From positions 92,205-156,204 of the forward strand of contig JAGCFD010000035.1 of the NCBI GenBank assembly GCA_017650305.1: 64,000 bases of DNA, read 5' to 3'. The position numbers and the translations under genes were made by a program. The notes beneath the pieces are model-generated. The model was not told where the DNA came from, ran no database searches, and saw only the letters and a list, made by a program, of their open reading frames with translations. This document shows positions 16,529-26,740 of the stretch, in pieces (position 1 is the first letter of the stretch; each line of letters begins with the position of its first letter). This stretch comes from Bacteroidales bacterium (GTDB taxonomy: Bacteria; Bacteroidota; Bacteroidia; Bacteroidales; WCHB1-69).

Positions 16529-16552
16529 GTTATGTATTTTTCAAATAAACCG

Positions 16553-16560
16553 CAAAAATA
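16553..16560 (-). promoter_or_regulatory. -7 promoter box (TATTTTTG) for the ABC-ATPase-led gene string
   Basis: Reverse strand reads TATTTTTG, 25 nt upstream of the ATG at 16528. Confidence 0.45.
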
Positions 16561-16626
16561 CAAAAAAATGTAAGCGGATGAAAAAAATGTGGAATTAGGT
16601 CTATAGTTTGCTACGGCAATTTTTAC

Positions 16627-16634
16627 TATTTTTG
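16627..16634 (+). promoter_or_regulatory. -7 promoter box (TATTTTTG) only 8 nt from the ATG at 16643
   Basis: TATTTTTG ends at 16634 and the start codon is at 16643. This implies a nearly leaderless transcript. Confidence 0.4.
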
Positions 16635-16642
16635 CCGCCATT

Positions 16643-17740
16643 ATGAGCAATCATGATTTGTCGAACGGTCAGCACCCACACACGGAATGGGTGAAGCAGA
16701 TACCCAAACTCATTCTGTTCGTAGGGTTGGGTGTCTTCTTTATCTGGCTTTCGCTGCGCCATCTGAATGCTGAGGACCGGCGGACTGTCATGGAGGTAGT
16801 CGGGTCGGTCAATACCCTGAAAGGTTGGCTCATGCTTGTTTTGGCGGCTTTTTTTGCTTTGTTGGCAGACTTCTTCAGGGCGTTGCGCGGTAAGATATTG
16901 TTGCAGCCCTTGCATTATCAGGTGAGAACTTCCATGATGTTCTATTCTGTGATGGTCTGCTTTATGGCCAACTTGGCACTGCCGCGTCTCGGAGAGGTGC
17001 TTCGTTGCACGTTTCTACAACGTTACGAGAAGGTGCCCTTTCAGAAATCGCTGGGTACCGTCATCACGGAACGTGCTGTGGATTTGGTGTTTTGGCTGGT
17101 GATGTTCGTGCTGGCGATCTTCATCAATACGGATTTGCTGAATAATTTGATTGTGGATGCGGACGCTGGCCTCACCGTGCGTCAATGGATGGAAGCAAAA
17201 GGTCTTTCACTCTTGGGCAATCATATGTTGCTGGCCATAGTGGTGGTGTTTGCTCTCCTGGTCCTGCTTGCCTTCTTGACTCGTAAATGGTGGATGCGGA
17301 ATCCCTTTTTTGTCAAGATTTGGCATTTCTGCCAGGGCATTTGGCAGGGCTTCATCTCCATTAAAGATGTGAAGAGACCTTGGCGGTATTGGTTCTGGAC
17401 CGTGATGATGTGGGTGGCCTACTTCTTTGGCACATACGTCTTTTTCTTTGCGATGCCTTGTTTGTCTGGTGTGAGTCCTTCTGCCGGATATTCAGTTCTG
17501 ATATTCGGTACGATAGCGTTTATGGTAGCACAGGGTGGCATTGGCGCCTATCCCTTGATCGTGGCAGGCGTGCTGATGCTCTATGGCGTGGAGTACACCA
17601 GCGGCTTGGCGGCAGGATGGGTGGGCTGGATTCTCCAAACCGTTGTGGCGCTCGCCGGCGGATTCGTCTCTTTGGTGCTGGCATCGTTCACCACCAAAAG
17701 AGATTCTTTGATTGTAACAGAAAATGATGAGCAAATATGA
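16643..17740 (+). CDS. Flippase-like membrane protein (LPG-synthase TM-region / UPF0104 family)
   Basis: 365 aa, about 8 TM segments and a positively charged N-terminal loop. Family call is from the overall pattern only. Confidence 0.6.
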   Translation: MSNHDLSNGQHPHTEWVKQIPKLILFVGLGVFFIWLSLRHLNAEDRRTVMEVVGSVNTLKGWLMLVLAAFFALLADFFRALRGKILLQPLHYQVRTSMMFYSVMVCFMANLALPRLGEVLRCTFLQRYEKVPFQKSLGTVITERAVDLVFWLVMFVLAIFINTDLLNNLIVDADAGLTVRQWMEAKGLSLLGNHMLLAIVVVFALLVLLAFLTRKWWMRNPFFVKIWHFCQGIWQGFISIKDVKRPWRYWFWTVMMWVAYFFGTYVFFFAMPCLSGVSPSAGYSVLIFGTIAFMVAQGGIGAYPLIVAGVLMLYGVEYTSGLAAGWVGWILQTVVALAGGFVSLVLASFTTKRDSLIVTENDEQI

Positions 17741-18210
17741 AGGATAGAATTCTACAGAAAATAGTGTCGAAAGACTTCTTTGAACAGCATGAGGAGAGAA
17801 TGCACCAACAGAAGATTGTCTTTACCAATGGCTGTTTTGATGTCCTGCATTATGGCCACGTCCATTATCTGGCGCAGGCCCGACAGCTGGGGGATCTTCT
17901 GGTGGTGGGCCTGAACAGCGATGCCTCGGTGCGTCGTCTGAAGGGTGATGGACGCCCGGTGAATCCCGAGCACGCCCGTGCCTATGTGCTGGCCGCCCTG
18001 GAGATGGTGGACTATGTCTGCCTTTTTGAAGAGGATACTCCCTATGAGCTGATTGCCGCTGTGAAGCCTGACGTGCTGGTGAAAGGCGGTGATTATGCCG
18101 TGGACAATATTGTGGGCAGTGATATCGTTAAAGGCCGTAACGGAGAAGTCGTGGTGCTGCCTTTCGTGGAAGGATTTTCATCATCGTTGATTATAGAAAA
18201 ATTGAAATAA
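17737..18210 (+). CDS. rfaE2: D-glycero-beta-D-manno-heptose 1-phosphate adenylyltransferase-like cytidylyltransferase (RfaE domain II type)
   Basis: 157 aa. ...[50 protein letters not shown]...VLVKGGDY.... ATGA overlap with the upstream gene. Confidence 0.85.
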   Translation: MKDRILQKIVSKDFFEQHEERMHQQKIVFTNGCFDVLHYGHVHYLAQARQLGDLLVVGLNSDASVRRLKGDGRPVNPEHARAYVLAALEMVDYVCLFEEDTPYELIAAVKPDVLVKGGDYAVDNIVGSDIVKGRNGEVVVLPFVEGFSSSLIIEKLK

Positions 18211-19304
18211 TGTTCAGAAATACAATAATTTGGATATCTCTTAGTCTGCTTGTGTGTGCCAGTGTGTCAGCTCAGACGTTGGATGTGACGTTGTTCTCGC
18301 AGAATATTGCCCTTCGCGACTCTGCATCCCAGGGGGTGCCGCCAGACCATCAGCGAGTGGCGACCTATCCCACCGTCTCGGAGGTCTATCAGATCCCATG
18401 CTATGATCTCTATGACCGGTATTGGGATGTTCATAATTTGCGCAGCCGCCTTTTGGAGATACCCTTCTCCGATGACCGCCTGATGCTGATCTTGGTCCAG
18501 TCGGAGAATAACCCTTTTGAAATCCCATGTGTGTATGACGAGGTGGTGATGCATTATGGCCCTACCAAGAAGGGACATTTCCATCCCGGTGTGGATCTGA
18601 AGGTTACGCCCCAGTCACTAGTGAAAAGCTGCTTCGATGGCGTGGTCAGGATGGTTGCGGATTACGGGGACTATGGCCTGACGGTAGTGGTTCGCCACTA
18701 TAATGGACTGGAGACGGTGTATGCCCATCTTGACAAAACCTGTGTGAAGCCTGGGCATATCGTAAAGGCAGGCGATGTGATTGGACAGGCTGGCCGTTCG
18801 GGTAATGCGCAAGATGACATTCTGCATTTTGAGGTCCGTTTCATGAATGAGTGTTTTGATCCTGAAAATGTGATCAATTTTGAATACGAGACTTTGGTGA
18901 AAAATACGTTGGTCTTGCAATCATCGGATTTCTTGGAAGTGCCATTGGATCAATATAGTCTGAATAGTTCCACTCCTCTTGCACCTAAGGCTGCGGCGCC
19001 TAAAGTGACCCCGGCCTTAACCGAAAAGCCCAAACAGGACGAGACTCCTGCGACTGTTGCTAAGCCGGAACCTGTTGCCCAGCCTGAGGCAAAAGTGTCT
19101 GAAGAGAAGAGGTCGGATACTCGAGAAGAGCCGGCAACAACACCTCAGGCTGTTGAGGAGGCCGAGTATTATGTGGTCAAGAAGGGGGAGGGACTCTATC
19201 GGATTGCGCTCAACCACAAGACAACGATTGACAAGCTGATGAAACTCAATAACATCAGCAATCCGGATCAGATTCGAGAGGGGCAGCGATTGAGGGTGCG
19301 ATAA
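18210..19304 (+). CDS. M23-family metallopeptidase with C-terminal LysM domain
   Basis: 364 aa with a signal peptide. M23 motifs ...HFHPGVDLKV..., ...YAHL..., ...ILHFEVRF.... A Pro/Glu/Ala-rich linker is followed by LysM ...YYVVKKGEGLYRIALNHKTTIDKLMKLNNISNPDQIREGQRLRV. TAATG overlap with rfaE2. Confidence 0.9.
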   Translation: MFRNTIIWISLSLLVCASVSAQTLDVTLFSQNIALRDSASQGVPPDHQRVATYPTVSEVYQIPCYDLYDRYWDVHNLRSRLLEIPFSDDRLMLILVQSENNPFEIPCVYDEVVMHYGPTKKGHFHPGVDLKVTPQSLVKSCFDGVVRMVADYGDYGLTVVVRHYNGLETVYAHLDKTCVKPGHIVKAGDVIGQAGRSGNAQDDILHFEVRFMNECFDPENVINFEYETLVKNTLVLQSSDFLEVPLDQYSLNSSTPLAPKAAAPKVTPALTEKPKQDETPATVAKPEPVAQPEAKVSEEKRSDTREEPATTPQAVEEAEYYVVKKGEGLYRIALNHKTTIDKLMKLNNISNPDQIREGQRLRVR

Positions 19305-19316
19305 TCTTTTTGGTGA

Positions 19317-20282
19317 TTACCAGCCAAAAGGATGCTTAACGGTAGGCTGCTTGGCCAGTGGATGGTAGTCTCCTTTTAGGCCAACAGGTGTGGCATTGCG
19401 AATGTCATATACCGTCTGGATGCAGGATCGGACCTCGTCAAGACCAAATCCTTCTCCGGCCAGTATTTTCTTATAGCTTTCAGTGTGAAGGTCTGTGAAT
19501 CCTTTGCTAAACTCTAGTTGCTCATTGCCGATGGTGATGGAGCGGTAGGTGCGTTGGCCTTGCTGGGCGATTTCGGCAGGCAGGGTCTCGCTGTTGATGC
19601 TAAGGAAGTAACGTACGCGGGCGCGTTTTAGCCGCAAGAAACCTGCCACTCGGTCGTGGGTGGCCACATGGACAATGTTGTCTTCTACAGGTCCGAAGAC
19701 ATAGCTGAGCATGTCGTAAAAATGGATGCCTATGTTGGTGGCGATGCCGCCGCTCTTATGGACATCACCCTTCCATGATGCGTAGTACCAATAGCCACGG
19801 GAGGTGATGTAGGTGAGATCCACATCGTAGATCTTGTCGGGATCGCCCTGGTCGATTTCGTTTTTCAGTGCGATGACGGCGGGGTGGAGGCGCAGTTGCA
19901 GGATGTTGTAGATGCGGTGTCCGCTCTCTTTCTCCACTTGGGCCAGTCCGTCCACATTCCAGGGATTCAGCACCAGAGGCTTCTCGCAAATGACGTCGGT
20001 GCCCAAGCGCAGGGCATAGCGCGTGTGGGAGTCGTGGAGGTAGTTGGGGGTGCAGACGGATACCATGTCGAGTTGCTGGTCGGTGTTTTTCAGCTTGGAG
20101 CAATGGCGGTCGAAGAGCTCCATCTCGGTGAAGAAGGAGGCATCTGGGAAAAAGTTGTCGATGATGCCGACGCTGTCAGACTTGTCGTAGGCGGCGACCA
20201 TGCGATTGCCGGTTTCGGCGATGGCTTTGAGGTGGCGCGGGGCGACGAAGCCACCGACTCCTATAATGGCGAAATTCTTCAT
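19317..20282 (-). CDS. Gfo/Idh/MocA-family NAD-dependent sugar-nucleotide oxidoreductase (WbpB-like)
   Basis: 321 aa. The N-terminal Rossmann motif is MKNFAIIGVGGFVAPRHLKAI.... Confidence 0.8.
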   Translation of the reverse strand: MKNFAIIGVGGFVAPRHLKAIAETGNRMVAAYDKSDSVGIIDNFFPDASFFTEMELFDRHCSKLKNTDQQLDMVSVCTPNYLHDSHTRYALRLGTDVICEKPLVLNPWNVDGLAQVEKESGHRIYNILQLRLHPAVIALKNEIDQGDPDKIYDVDLTYITSRGYWYYASWKGDVHKSGGIATNIGIHFYDMLSYVFGPVEDNIVHVATHDRVAGFLRLKRARVRYFLSINSETLPAEIAQQGQRTYRSITIGNEQLEFSKGFTDLHTESYKKILAGEGFGLDEVRSCIQTVYDIRNATPVGLKGDYHPLAKQPTVKHPFGW

Positions 20283-20295
20283 ATATTGTTCAATA

Positions 20296-22752
20296 TTATT
20301 CTTTTACATAGATTCTGGGGACTCTGCTGGAAAGCGAGGTGAGCAGATCGTAGCTGATGTGCCCGATTCGGTGTGCTGCGTCTTGGGCGGTGTTGCCTTC
20401 GCCGTACACGATGACTTCATCACCCTCGTGAACGGAGAGTCCCGTGACATCGAGCATGCACATGTCCATGCAGATTTTGCCCACAACGGGCACCAATTGG
20501 CCTCTTACCATTACCAGGCCTTTCCCATTGCTGAATTCGCGTGGATAACCATCTGCATATCCGATGGGGATGATGGCCACTTGCATGTCGTGTTCAACTT
20601 TGAAACTGCGGTTGTAACCGATAGTCTCGCCTTTCGGAATGCGCTTCACTTGTGTTATGAGTGTTTTTAAAGTCGCGACATTTTGTAGGTTGGCCTGGAT
20701 CTCTGGCATGTCAAAGAAACCATAGAGGCCGATACCTAAACGCACCATGTCGAATTGTGCTTCCGGGAATCTGAGAATGCCTGCGGTGTTGAGAATGTGT
20801 CGGAGAATCGGGTAGGGCAGAGAGTCGCAGAGAATCCTAGACATCTCTTCGAAACACTCGATTTGGTGTCGTGTGAAATCATCTTCTGCAGGATCGTCGG
20901 CTGCGGCAAGGTGGGAGAATGTGGATGCCACGTGTAAGCAGGGGTTCTCTTTCAGCACTTGAAGAAGAAGAGGGAGGTCCTCTTTGTCAAAGCCTAACCG
21001 GTGCATGCCGGTGTCTAATTTTATATGTATTGGGAATTGCGTGATTTCAGGATGATCTTTGAGAACATTGATTAGCTCTTGCAGGTAGTAGAAGTTGAAG
21101 ATTTCCGGTTCCAAGTGGTTTATGACCATGGACTCAAAACTGTGTGCTTCAGCTCCGAGTACAATGATGGGCGTGTTGATGTGGCGTTTGCGAAGTCGTA
21201 CGCCCTCGTCTGTGTATGCAACTGCCAGATAATCAATCTTTTGATTTATAAGCTCATTGATGATTTCCGCGTCACCCAAACCGTATGACAATGCCTTTAC
21301 CATGGCCACCATCTTGGTCTCTGGTCTGATGAATGATCTGAAATAGTGGAGATTGTGAACGATGGCGGGCAAACTGACGTTTAGGGTTGTCAAGTGTGTC
21401 TTGTGGAGCAGACGATGGACAACGTCCTCAAAATGGAAATTACGTGCTCCCTTGATGAGTATGGCTTCATAGGAGAAGGTGAGGGAGGCAAGGTCGGAAA
21501 TGAGGTCTTCAGTGTTCCGATAAAAATAGGCTTTTGGAATGGTGAAGTCTTGCTGATGTTGATAGAACTCGTTGCCAACCGCAATGAGTTTGCCGATGTG
21601 GTGTGTGAGAAGTAGTGCGTTAAGACGTGTGTAGTCGGCTTTTTGCAGGGTGCCAGCTTGCTCGAAATCGGAGATGATGAGCGTCTTGTCAGGCATCTGT
21701 GTTTGCGTGTCGAGGTATTTGAGCGCGACGGAAAGTGAGGTCCAGTCCAAGCTGTAGGCGTCGTCGATAATGAGTGAGTGCTGGCGCCCTTCCTGGATGG
21801 CCATACGCATGTGTATGGGTGTCAAGGAAGACAAGCGCTCGTTGACAGTTTCGGGCTGGTAGCCGAGAACCAGTGCGGTGATAATCACATGGATGGCGTT
21901 TTCCACCGAAGCAGCGTCCACGAATGGAATGCGATACACAGAATCGCGGATAGTGACCAAAGTGGAATTACCTCTTCGTTCTTGATGAGAAATCAGGTAT
22001 TCGGCCTTTTCATATCCCCACGAAATCTTTTGGGTGTGGGAGAAGGTGTCGCGGTTGAGTGCCTCCCGAATCAGAGGGTTGTCATTGTTGAAGATGATTT
22101 TTTGGGAATGGGTAAACAGCTGAAGTTTTTCTTGCAACTTTTCCTCGATGGAAGAGAAAAACTGGGAATGAGCCATGCCTATGTTGGTTAAAATTCCAAT
22201 GGTAGGTCGAATGATGTCGGCGATGGCAGTCATTTCACCAGGTTGGGAGATTCCGGCCTCGAAGATGCCGAGGGTGTGCTCGGAGCGCATTTGCCATACA
22301 GACAAAGGGACGCCAATCTGGGAGTTGTAGCTGTCAGGGCTGCGCACGATGTGCTCATTTGCGGAAAGCAGGATGTTGAGCCACTCTTTGACGATTGTCT
22401 TGCCATTGCTCCCTGTGATGCCAATAACTGGGTAGGTGAATTGTTGCCGATGTGCGGAAGCGATGGCTTGTAATGCGACAATTGCGTCAGGAACTTGCAG
22501 AAAATTACCGTCTGTTAATGCTGTAAAATCAGAAACAGGGGAGGTGATGATGAAGTTGCGCACCCCTTTTTGATACAGTTCGGGTATGTATTTGTGTCCG
22601 TCATCATGAGTGGTTTTGATGGCGATAAACAGAACACCGTCCGTCATGGATACCTTGCGACTGTCAATGCAGAGACGGGTTACGAGAAGTTGGGGGTCTC
22701 GGATTTCAGTCTGCAGGGCGTTGATTAAAGATGCAATTTGAGCGATGTTCAT
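20296..22752 (-). CDS. murF/alr: Bifunctional UDP-N-acetylmuramoyl-tripeptide--D-alanyl-D-alanine ligase (MurF) / alanine racemase (Alr)
   Basis: 818 aa. The N-terminal half has a Mur ligase P-loop ...GITGSNGKTIVKEW.... The C-terminal half has the PLP-Lys motif ...MVAMVKALSYGLG... and ends ...GYADGYPR...CMDMCMLDV.... Confidence 0.9.
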   Translation of the reverse strand: MNIAQIASLINALQTEIRDPQLLVTRLCIDSRKVSMTDGVLFIAIKTTHDDGHKYIPELYQKGVRNFIITSPVSDFTALTDGNFLQVPDAIVALQAIASAHRQQFTYPVIGITGSNGKTIVKEWLNILLSANEHIVRSPDSYNSQIGVPLSVWQMRSEHTLGIFEAGISQPGEMTAIADIIRPTIGILTNIGMAHSQFFSSIEEKLQEKLQLFTHSQKIIFNNDNPLIREALNRDTFSHTQKISWGYEKAEYLISHQERRGNSTLVTIRDSVYRIPFVDAASVENAIHVIITALVLGYQPETVNERLSSLTPIHMRMAIQEGRQHSLIIDDAYSLDWTSLSVALKYLDTQTQMPDKTLIISDFEQAGTLQKADYTRLNALLLTHHIGKLIAVGNEFYQHQQDFTIPKAYFYRNTEDLISDLASLTFSYEAILIKGARNFHFEDVVHRLLHKTHLTTLNVSLPAIVHNLHYFRSFIRPETKMVAMVKALSYGLGDAEIINELINQKIDYLAVAYTDEGVRLRKRHINTPIIVLGAEAHSFESMVINHLEPEIFNFYYLQELINVLKDHPEITQFPIHIKLDTGMHRLGFDKEDLPLLLQVLKENPCLHVASTFSHLAAADDPAEDDFTRHQIECFEEMSRILCDSLPYPILRHILNTAGILRFPEAQFDMVRLGIGLYGFFDMPEIQANLQNVATLKTLITQVKRIPKGETIGYNRSFKVEHDMQVAIIPIGYADGYPREFSNGKGLVMVRGQLVPVVGKICMDMCMLDVTGLSVHEGDEVIVYGEGNTAQDAAHRIGHISYDLLTSLSSRVPRIYVKE

Positions 22753-22771
22753 ACATTAAAATTATAGGCTG

Positions 22772-22779
22772 CAAAGGTA
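22772..22779 (-). promoter_or_regulatory. -7 promoter box (TACCTTTG) for murF/alr
   Basis: Reverse strand reads TACCTTTG, 20 nt upstream of the ATG at 22752. Confidence 0.45.
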
Positions 22780-22826
22780 TAAAATATTTTTTTGATGCAT
22801 AGTATTTTTTTATTGAGAAAAAATTG

Positions 22827-22834
22827 TATTTTTG
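22827..22834 (+). promoter_or_regulatory. -7 promoter box (TATTTTTG) for the L31 gene
   Basis: TATTTTTG lies 39 nt upstream of the ATG at 22873 and inside the artificially long 22792 ORF. Confidence 0.45.
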
Positions 22835-22872
22835 CCGTCCAAATTTCAAAGCAAATAAAAAATCAAAAGAAT

Positions 22873-23139
22873 ATGAAAAAAGATATCCATCCTAAGGAGT
22901 ATAGAACGGTGGTTTTCAAAGACATGTCGAATGATTATGCATTCTTGACTAAGTCTACCGTTAACACGAAAGATACCATTCAATGGGAAGACGGAAATGA
23001 ATATCCGTTAGTGAAATTAGAGATTTCCAACACCTCTCATCCTTTCTTCACTGGAAAGATGAAGCTGGTTGACACTGCTGGTCGTGTGGATAAATTCCGC
23101 AACAAATATGCTCGTCATTTGGACGCAAGCAAGAAGTAA
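22873..23139 (+). CDS. rpmE: 50S ribosomal protein L31, type B (no Zn-binding Cys motif)
   Basis: [19 protein letters not shown]...HPFFTG...VDKFRNKY. There is no CxxC pair. The start is moved to Met28 of the track ORF. Confidence 0.9.
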   Translation: MKKDIHPKEYRTVVFKDMSNDYAFLTKSTVNTKDTIQWEDGNEYPLVKLEISNTSHPFFTGKMKLVDTAGRVDKFRNKYARHLDASKK

Positions 23140-23159
23140 GGAAATCCGTAAGATTTTTA

Positions 23160-23167
23160 TATCTTTG
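23160..23167 (+). promoter_or_regulatory. -7 promoter box (TATCTTTG) abutting the L31 terminator; candidate lon promoter
   Basis: TATCTTTG ends 1 nt before the terminator stem and sits 56 nt upstream of the lon ATG. Confidence 0.35.
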
Positions 23168-23207
23168 CTGACCTTTTTTCGATAGAGAAAAAAGGTCAGT
23201 TTTTTTT
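23168..23207 (+). terminator. Rho-independent terminator after rpmE
   Basis: 12-bp stem CTGACCTTTTTT / AAAAAAGGTCAG with loop CGATAGAG, followed by T8. Confidence 0.8.
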
Positions 23208-23222
23208 ATTAATAACCTAAAA

Positions 23223-25652
23223 ATGAAAGAGATATCGTTGTTAGATGAGATTATGAACAGTGAGGCGAATTTCATCCCGCTGTTCTCTTTGGAAGATGAG
23301 AAGAAGATTAGAGACGAGCAGGTGCCAGATGATATAGCATTACTTCCCTTGCGAAATACACTGCTTTTCCCAGGAATGGTGATACCTATTAATGTTGGTC
23401 GTACCAAGTCTATACGTTTGGCACAAGACTATGCGCACAGAAATGAGCCGATAGGTGTTATTGCCCAGCGATTCAACGATGTGGAGGAGCCGACTATCCA
23501 AGATTTGTATAAAGTGGGCACATTGGCTCATATCATCAAATACATTTCTATGCCGGATGGTGGCGTCACTATCATAGTGCAAGGTATCAAGTGCTTTAAT
23601 GTGGAAGAGCTGACGCAGGTGGAACCCTATTACCGCTGTAGGGTGACTCCGTTCGAGTCTAATGATTTTGACAAGAAGCTGCTGGATGACAAGAATTTCC
23701 AGGCGCTTCTGTCTTCTATCAAAGATGTGGCTAACAGGATGGTGCATGCCAGCGGTAGTATGCCAAGAGAGGCTGCATTTGCATTGAAGAATATTGAAAG
23801 CCATGTCTTCCTGCTGAATTTTTTGGCCACCAATCTCTCCGTGTCTGTTGATGAAAAGCAAAAATTGTTGGAAACGCCAGATATCCAAGTGAGAGCGTCT
23901 CAACTGTTGTCTTTTCTCCATCGGGATCTCCAGATGGTGGAACTGAAGAACCAAATTCAGGACAAGTCCAGACGGGAGATGGATAAACAGCAGCGGGAGT
24001 ATTTCTTGAATCAGCAGATCAAGACGATTCAAGAGGAACTTGGTGGTTCGCCCATGGAGAAAGATTATCAATCCCTTGTGGAGAGAGCCAAAAAGAAAAA
24101 GTGGAATAAGGAGACCGCTGATATTTTCTATAAGGAGTTGGAGAAGTTGCAGCGTACCAATGTGATGGCTCCCGACTATGCTATACAACTAAACTATCTG
24201 GACCTCTTTGTAGAGTTGCCTTGGAATGAGTATAGCAAGGACAATTTCAACTTGGCGAAAGCCCGTAAGATTCTGGATAAGGACCATTATGGGTTGTATA
24301 AGGTGAAAGATCGTATTTTGGAACACATGGCTGTTTTGTCGATGCGAAAAGATATGAGAGCTCCTATTTTGTGTTTGGTTGGACCTCCGGGTGTGGGCAA
24401 AACATCGCTGGGGCGTTCCATTGCGAATGCCATCGGAAGAAAATACGTGCGAATTTCTTTGGGCGGTCTTCGTGACGAATCTGAGATCAGAGGACATCGT
24501 AAAACCTATATCGGTGCCATGCCGGGGCGTATTGTGCAGAATCTCCGAAAAGCTGGATATGCAAACCCAGTGTTCGTGCTGGATGAGATTGACAAAGTGA
24601 TAGGGGCCAATGTACAAGGTGATCCTTCCGCAGCCCTTCTGGAAGTTATGGATCCCGAACAGAACAGCACGTTTTATGACAACTATTTGGAGACATCCTT
24701 TGATTTGTCCAAAGTGCTCTTTATAGCTACAGCCAACTCTTTGAGCAGTATTCATCCGGCTTTGTTGGACAGAATGGAGATCATAGAACTTTCTGGCTAT
24801 GTGACAGAGGAGAAACTTCAGATTGCCACACACCATCTTGTCCCCAAACAGTTGATGGAGCATGGCCTGAATAAACGCCAGCTACAGATACCTGAAAAGA
24901 CCATCCTGGAGATTATCAGGTCTTATACTCGTGAAGCAGGTGTGCGTAACTTGGAACGTTTTATTGCCAAGGTGATACGGAAATATACGGTGGAAGTGGT
25001 GAAGAAAACCCCTGGTTTGAAGAAGACCATAGAAATATCCGATTTGCAAGAGATGTTGGGGACTCCTATCTTCCAGTCTGACAAGAAAATCGATCATGAT
25101 GTACCTGGTGTGGCTACTGGTCTGGCATGGACCTCTGTGGGTGGTGAGATTCTATTCGTGGAGGCAGTTACCAGTCCAGGCAAAGAGGGCTTGACAATGA
25201 CTGGGCAGTTGGGAGATGTGATGAAAGAGTCTGCCACGATAGCATACGAATACCTGAAAGCTCATGCTTCCGAATATGGTATTGATTCCAAATCTTTTGA
25301 GCAGAATAAAGTCCATATCCACGTTCCGGAAGGAGCCACGCCTAAAGATGGACCTTCCGCGGGTGTCACCATCCTGACGGCCTTGATCTCAGCGTTTACT
25401 AAGAAATTGGTTCGTAGTGATGTGGCAATGACGGGAGAGATAACATTGAGAGGAGAGATTTTGCCGGTTGGAGGAATCAAAGACAAGATTTTGGCAGCCA
25501 AGCGTCAGAATATCTATCATATAGTGTTGCCTGCAGATAATAAAAAAGACGTGGATGATATAGAGGAACTTTATATCAATGGCATGAATTTCCATTATTT
25601 TTCCTCTATGAAAGAGGCGGTTTCTTTTAATTTTAATGGTCAATTTGAGTAA
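23223..25652 (+). CDS. lon: ATP-dependent Lon protease (endopeptidase La)
   Basis: 809 aa. Has the LON N-terminal domain, Walker [10 protein letters not shown], and a protease domain with ...[10 protein letters not shown]... (catalytic Ser). Confidence 0.95.
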   Translation: MKEISLLDEIMNSEANFIPLFSLEDEKKIRDEQVPDDIALLPLRNTLLFPGMVIPINVGRTKSIRLAQDYAHRNEPIGVIAQRFNDVEEPTIQDLYKVGTLAHIIKYISMPDGGVTIIVQGIKCFNVEELTQVEPYYRCRVTPFESNDFDKKLLDDKNFQALLSSIKDVANRMVHASGSMPREAAFALKNIESHVFLLNFLATNLSVSVDEKQKLLETPDIQVRASQLLSFLHRDLQMVELKNQIQDKSRREMDKQQREYFLNQQIKTIQEELGGSPMEKDYQSLVERAKKKKWNKETADIFYKELEKLQRTNVMAPDYAIQLNYLDLFVELPWNEYSKDNFNLAKARKILDKDHYGLYKVKDRILEHMAVLSMRKDMRAPILCLVGPPGVGKTSLGRSIANAIGRKYVRISLGGLRDESEIRGHRKTYIGAMPGRIVQNLRKAGYANPVFVLDEIDKVIGANVQGDPSAALLEVMDPEQNSTFYDNYLETSFDLSKVLFIATANSLSSIHPALLDRMEIIELSGYVTEEKLQIATHHLVPKQLMEHGLNKRQLQIPEKTILEIIRSYTREAGVRNLERFIAKVIRKYTVEVVKKTPGLKKTIEISDLQEMLGTPIFQSDKKIDHDVPGVATGLAWTSVGGEILFVEAVTSPGKEGLTMTGQLGDVMKESATIAYEYLKAHASEYGIDSKSFEQNKVHIHVPEGATPKDGPSAGVTILTALISAFTKKLVRSDVAMTGEITLRGEILPVGGIKDKILAAKRQNIYHIVLPADNKKDVDDIEELYINGMNFHYFSSMKEAVSFNFNGQFE

Positions 25653-26740
25653 TGGATAAAGAGTATAAGTCAGCCTTGGAGGAGCGCCCCGGAGTAGAAC
25701 AGCCTGTGTCTGTGAATCCCAATCTTGTACGCCACAAACGCCGCGAGTTGTCGTTGGACGAGTATGTGCAGGGGGTTCTTGAAGGAGATTGGGTCACGTT
25801 GAGTCGTGCTATCACGATGATAGAGAGTGCCAACCCGGATCATTTGGAGAAGGCCCAGGCAATCATTGAACGTTGTCTTCCTCATTCCGGTCATTCGTTG
25901 CGCATTGGCATCACAGGTGTCCCTGGCGTCGGGAAAAGCACATTTATCGAGGCTTTCGGCACGTTGCTGACCGAGCAAGGTCATAAGGTGGCGGTTTTGG
26001 CCATTGACCCCAGTAGTGAGCGTACTAAGGGAAGTATATTGGGCGATAAGACCCGTATGGAGTCTCTCTCTGTTAATCCGAAAGCTTTTATCCGTCCCTC
26101 GCCTTCCGGCAGTACGCTGGGTGGCGTGGCCCGCAAAACCCGGGAGTCTATTATACTGTGCGAGGCTGCTGGATATGATGTCATCATCGTAGAGACCGTC
26201 GGTGTCGGACAGTCTGAAACCGCCGTCAAGTCAATGGTCGATTTCTTCCTTCTCCTGATGCTGGCCGGTGCTGGTGATGAGCTGCAAGGCATCAAACGCG
26301 GTATCATGGAGATGGCCGATGCCCTGATCATCAACAAGGCTGATGGTGACAACAAACCGAAGGCTATCCAGGCTCAGTCCCAATACCGTGCCGCCTTGAA
26401 ACTCTTTCCCCAAACCGATAGCCAGTGGACTGTGCCAGTGGAGGTCTGTTCTGCCTTGGAGAACTTTGCTATTGACAAAGTCTGGGAGATGATCCGGAAG
26501 TATGAAAATCACACGAAAGCCAATGGCTACTTCGAGAAAAACCGTTCTGAACAGTTGGTGAATATTTTCCACAATTGGATTCAGTTTACTCTTCAGCATA
26601 ATTTTTACAATCAGCCTCAAACTGAAGAGGAGATAGAACACCTTCTGCCTATGATAAGGAACAAACAGATTTCCCCCTATATGGCAGCCACCCGATTGAT
26701 TGAAAAGATAGCCCATCTCACTGTCTCAAAGGAATATTAA
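25652..26740 (+). CDS. meaB: MeaB/ArgK-type G3E GTPase (methylmalonyl-CoA mutase-associated)
   Basis: 362 aa. P-loop GVPGVGKST, ...ETVGVGQSE..., ...INKADG.... TAATG overlap with the lon stop. Confidence 0.9.
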   Translation: MDKEYKSALEERPGVEQPVSVNPNLVRHKRRELSLDEYVQGVLEGDWVTLSRAITMIESANPDHLEKAQAIIERCLPHSGHSLRIGITGVPGVGKSTFIEAFGTLLTEQGHKVAVLAIDPSSERTKGSILGDKTRMESLSVNPKAFIRPSPSGSTLGGVARKTRESIILCEAAGYDVIIVETVGVGQSETAVKSMVDFFLLLMLAGAGDELQGIKRGIMEMADALIINKADGDNKPKAIQAQSQYRAALKLFPQTDSQWTVPVEVCSALENFAIDKVWEMIRKYENHTKANGYFEKNRSEQLVNIFHNWIQFTLQHNFYNQPQTEEEIEHLLPMIRNKQISPYMAATRLIEKIAHLTVSKEY

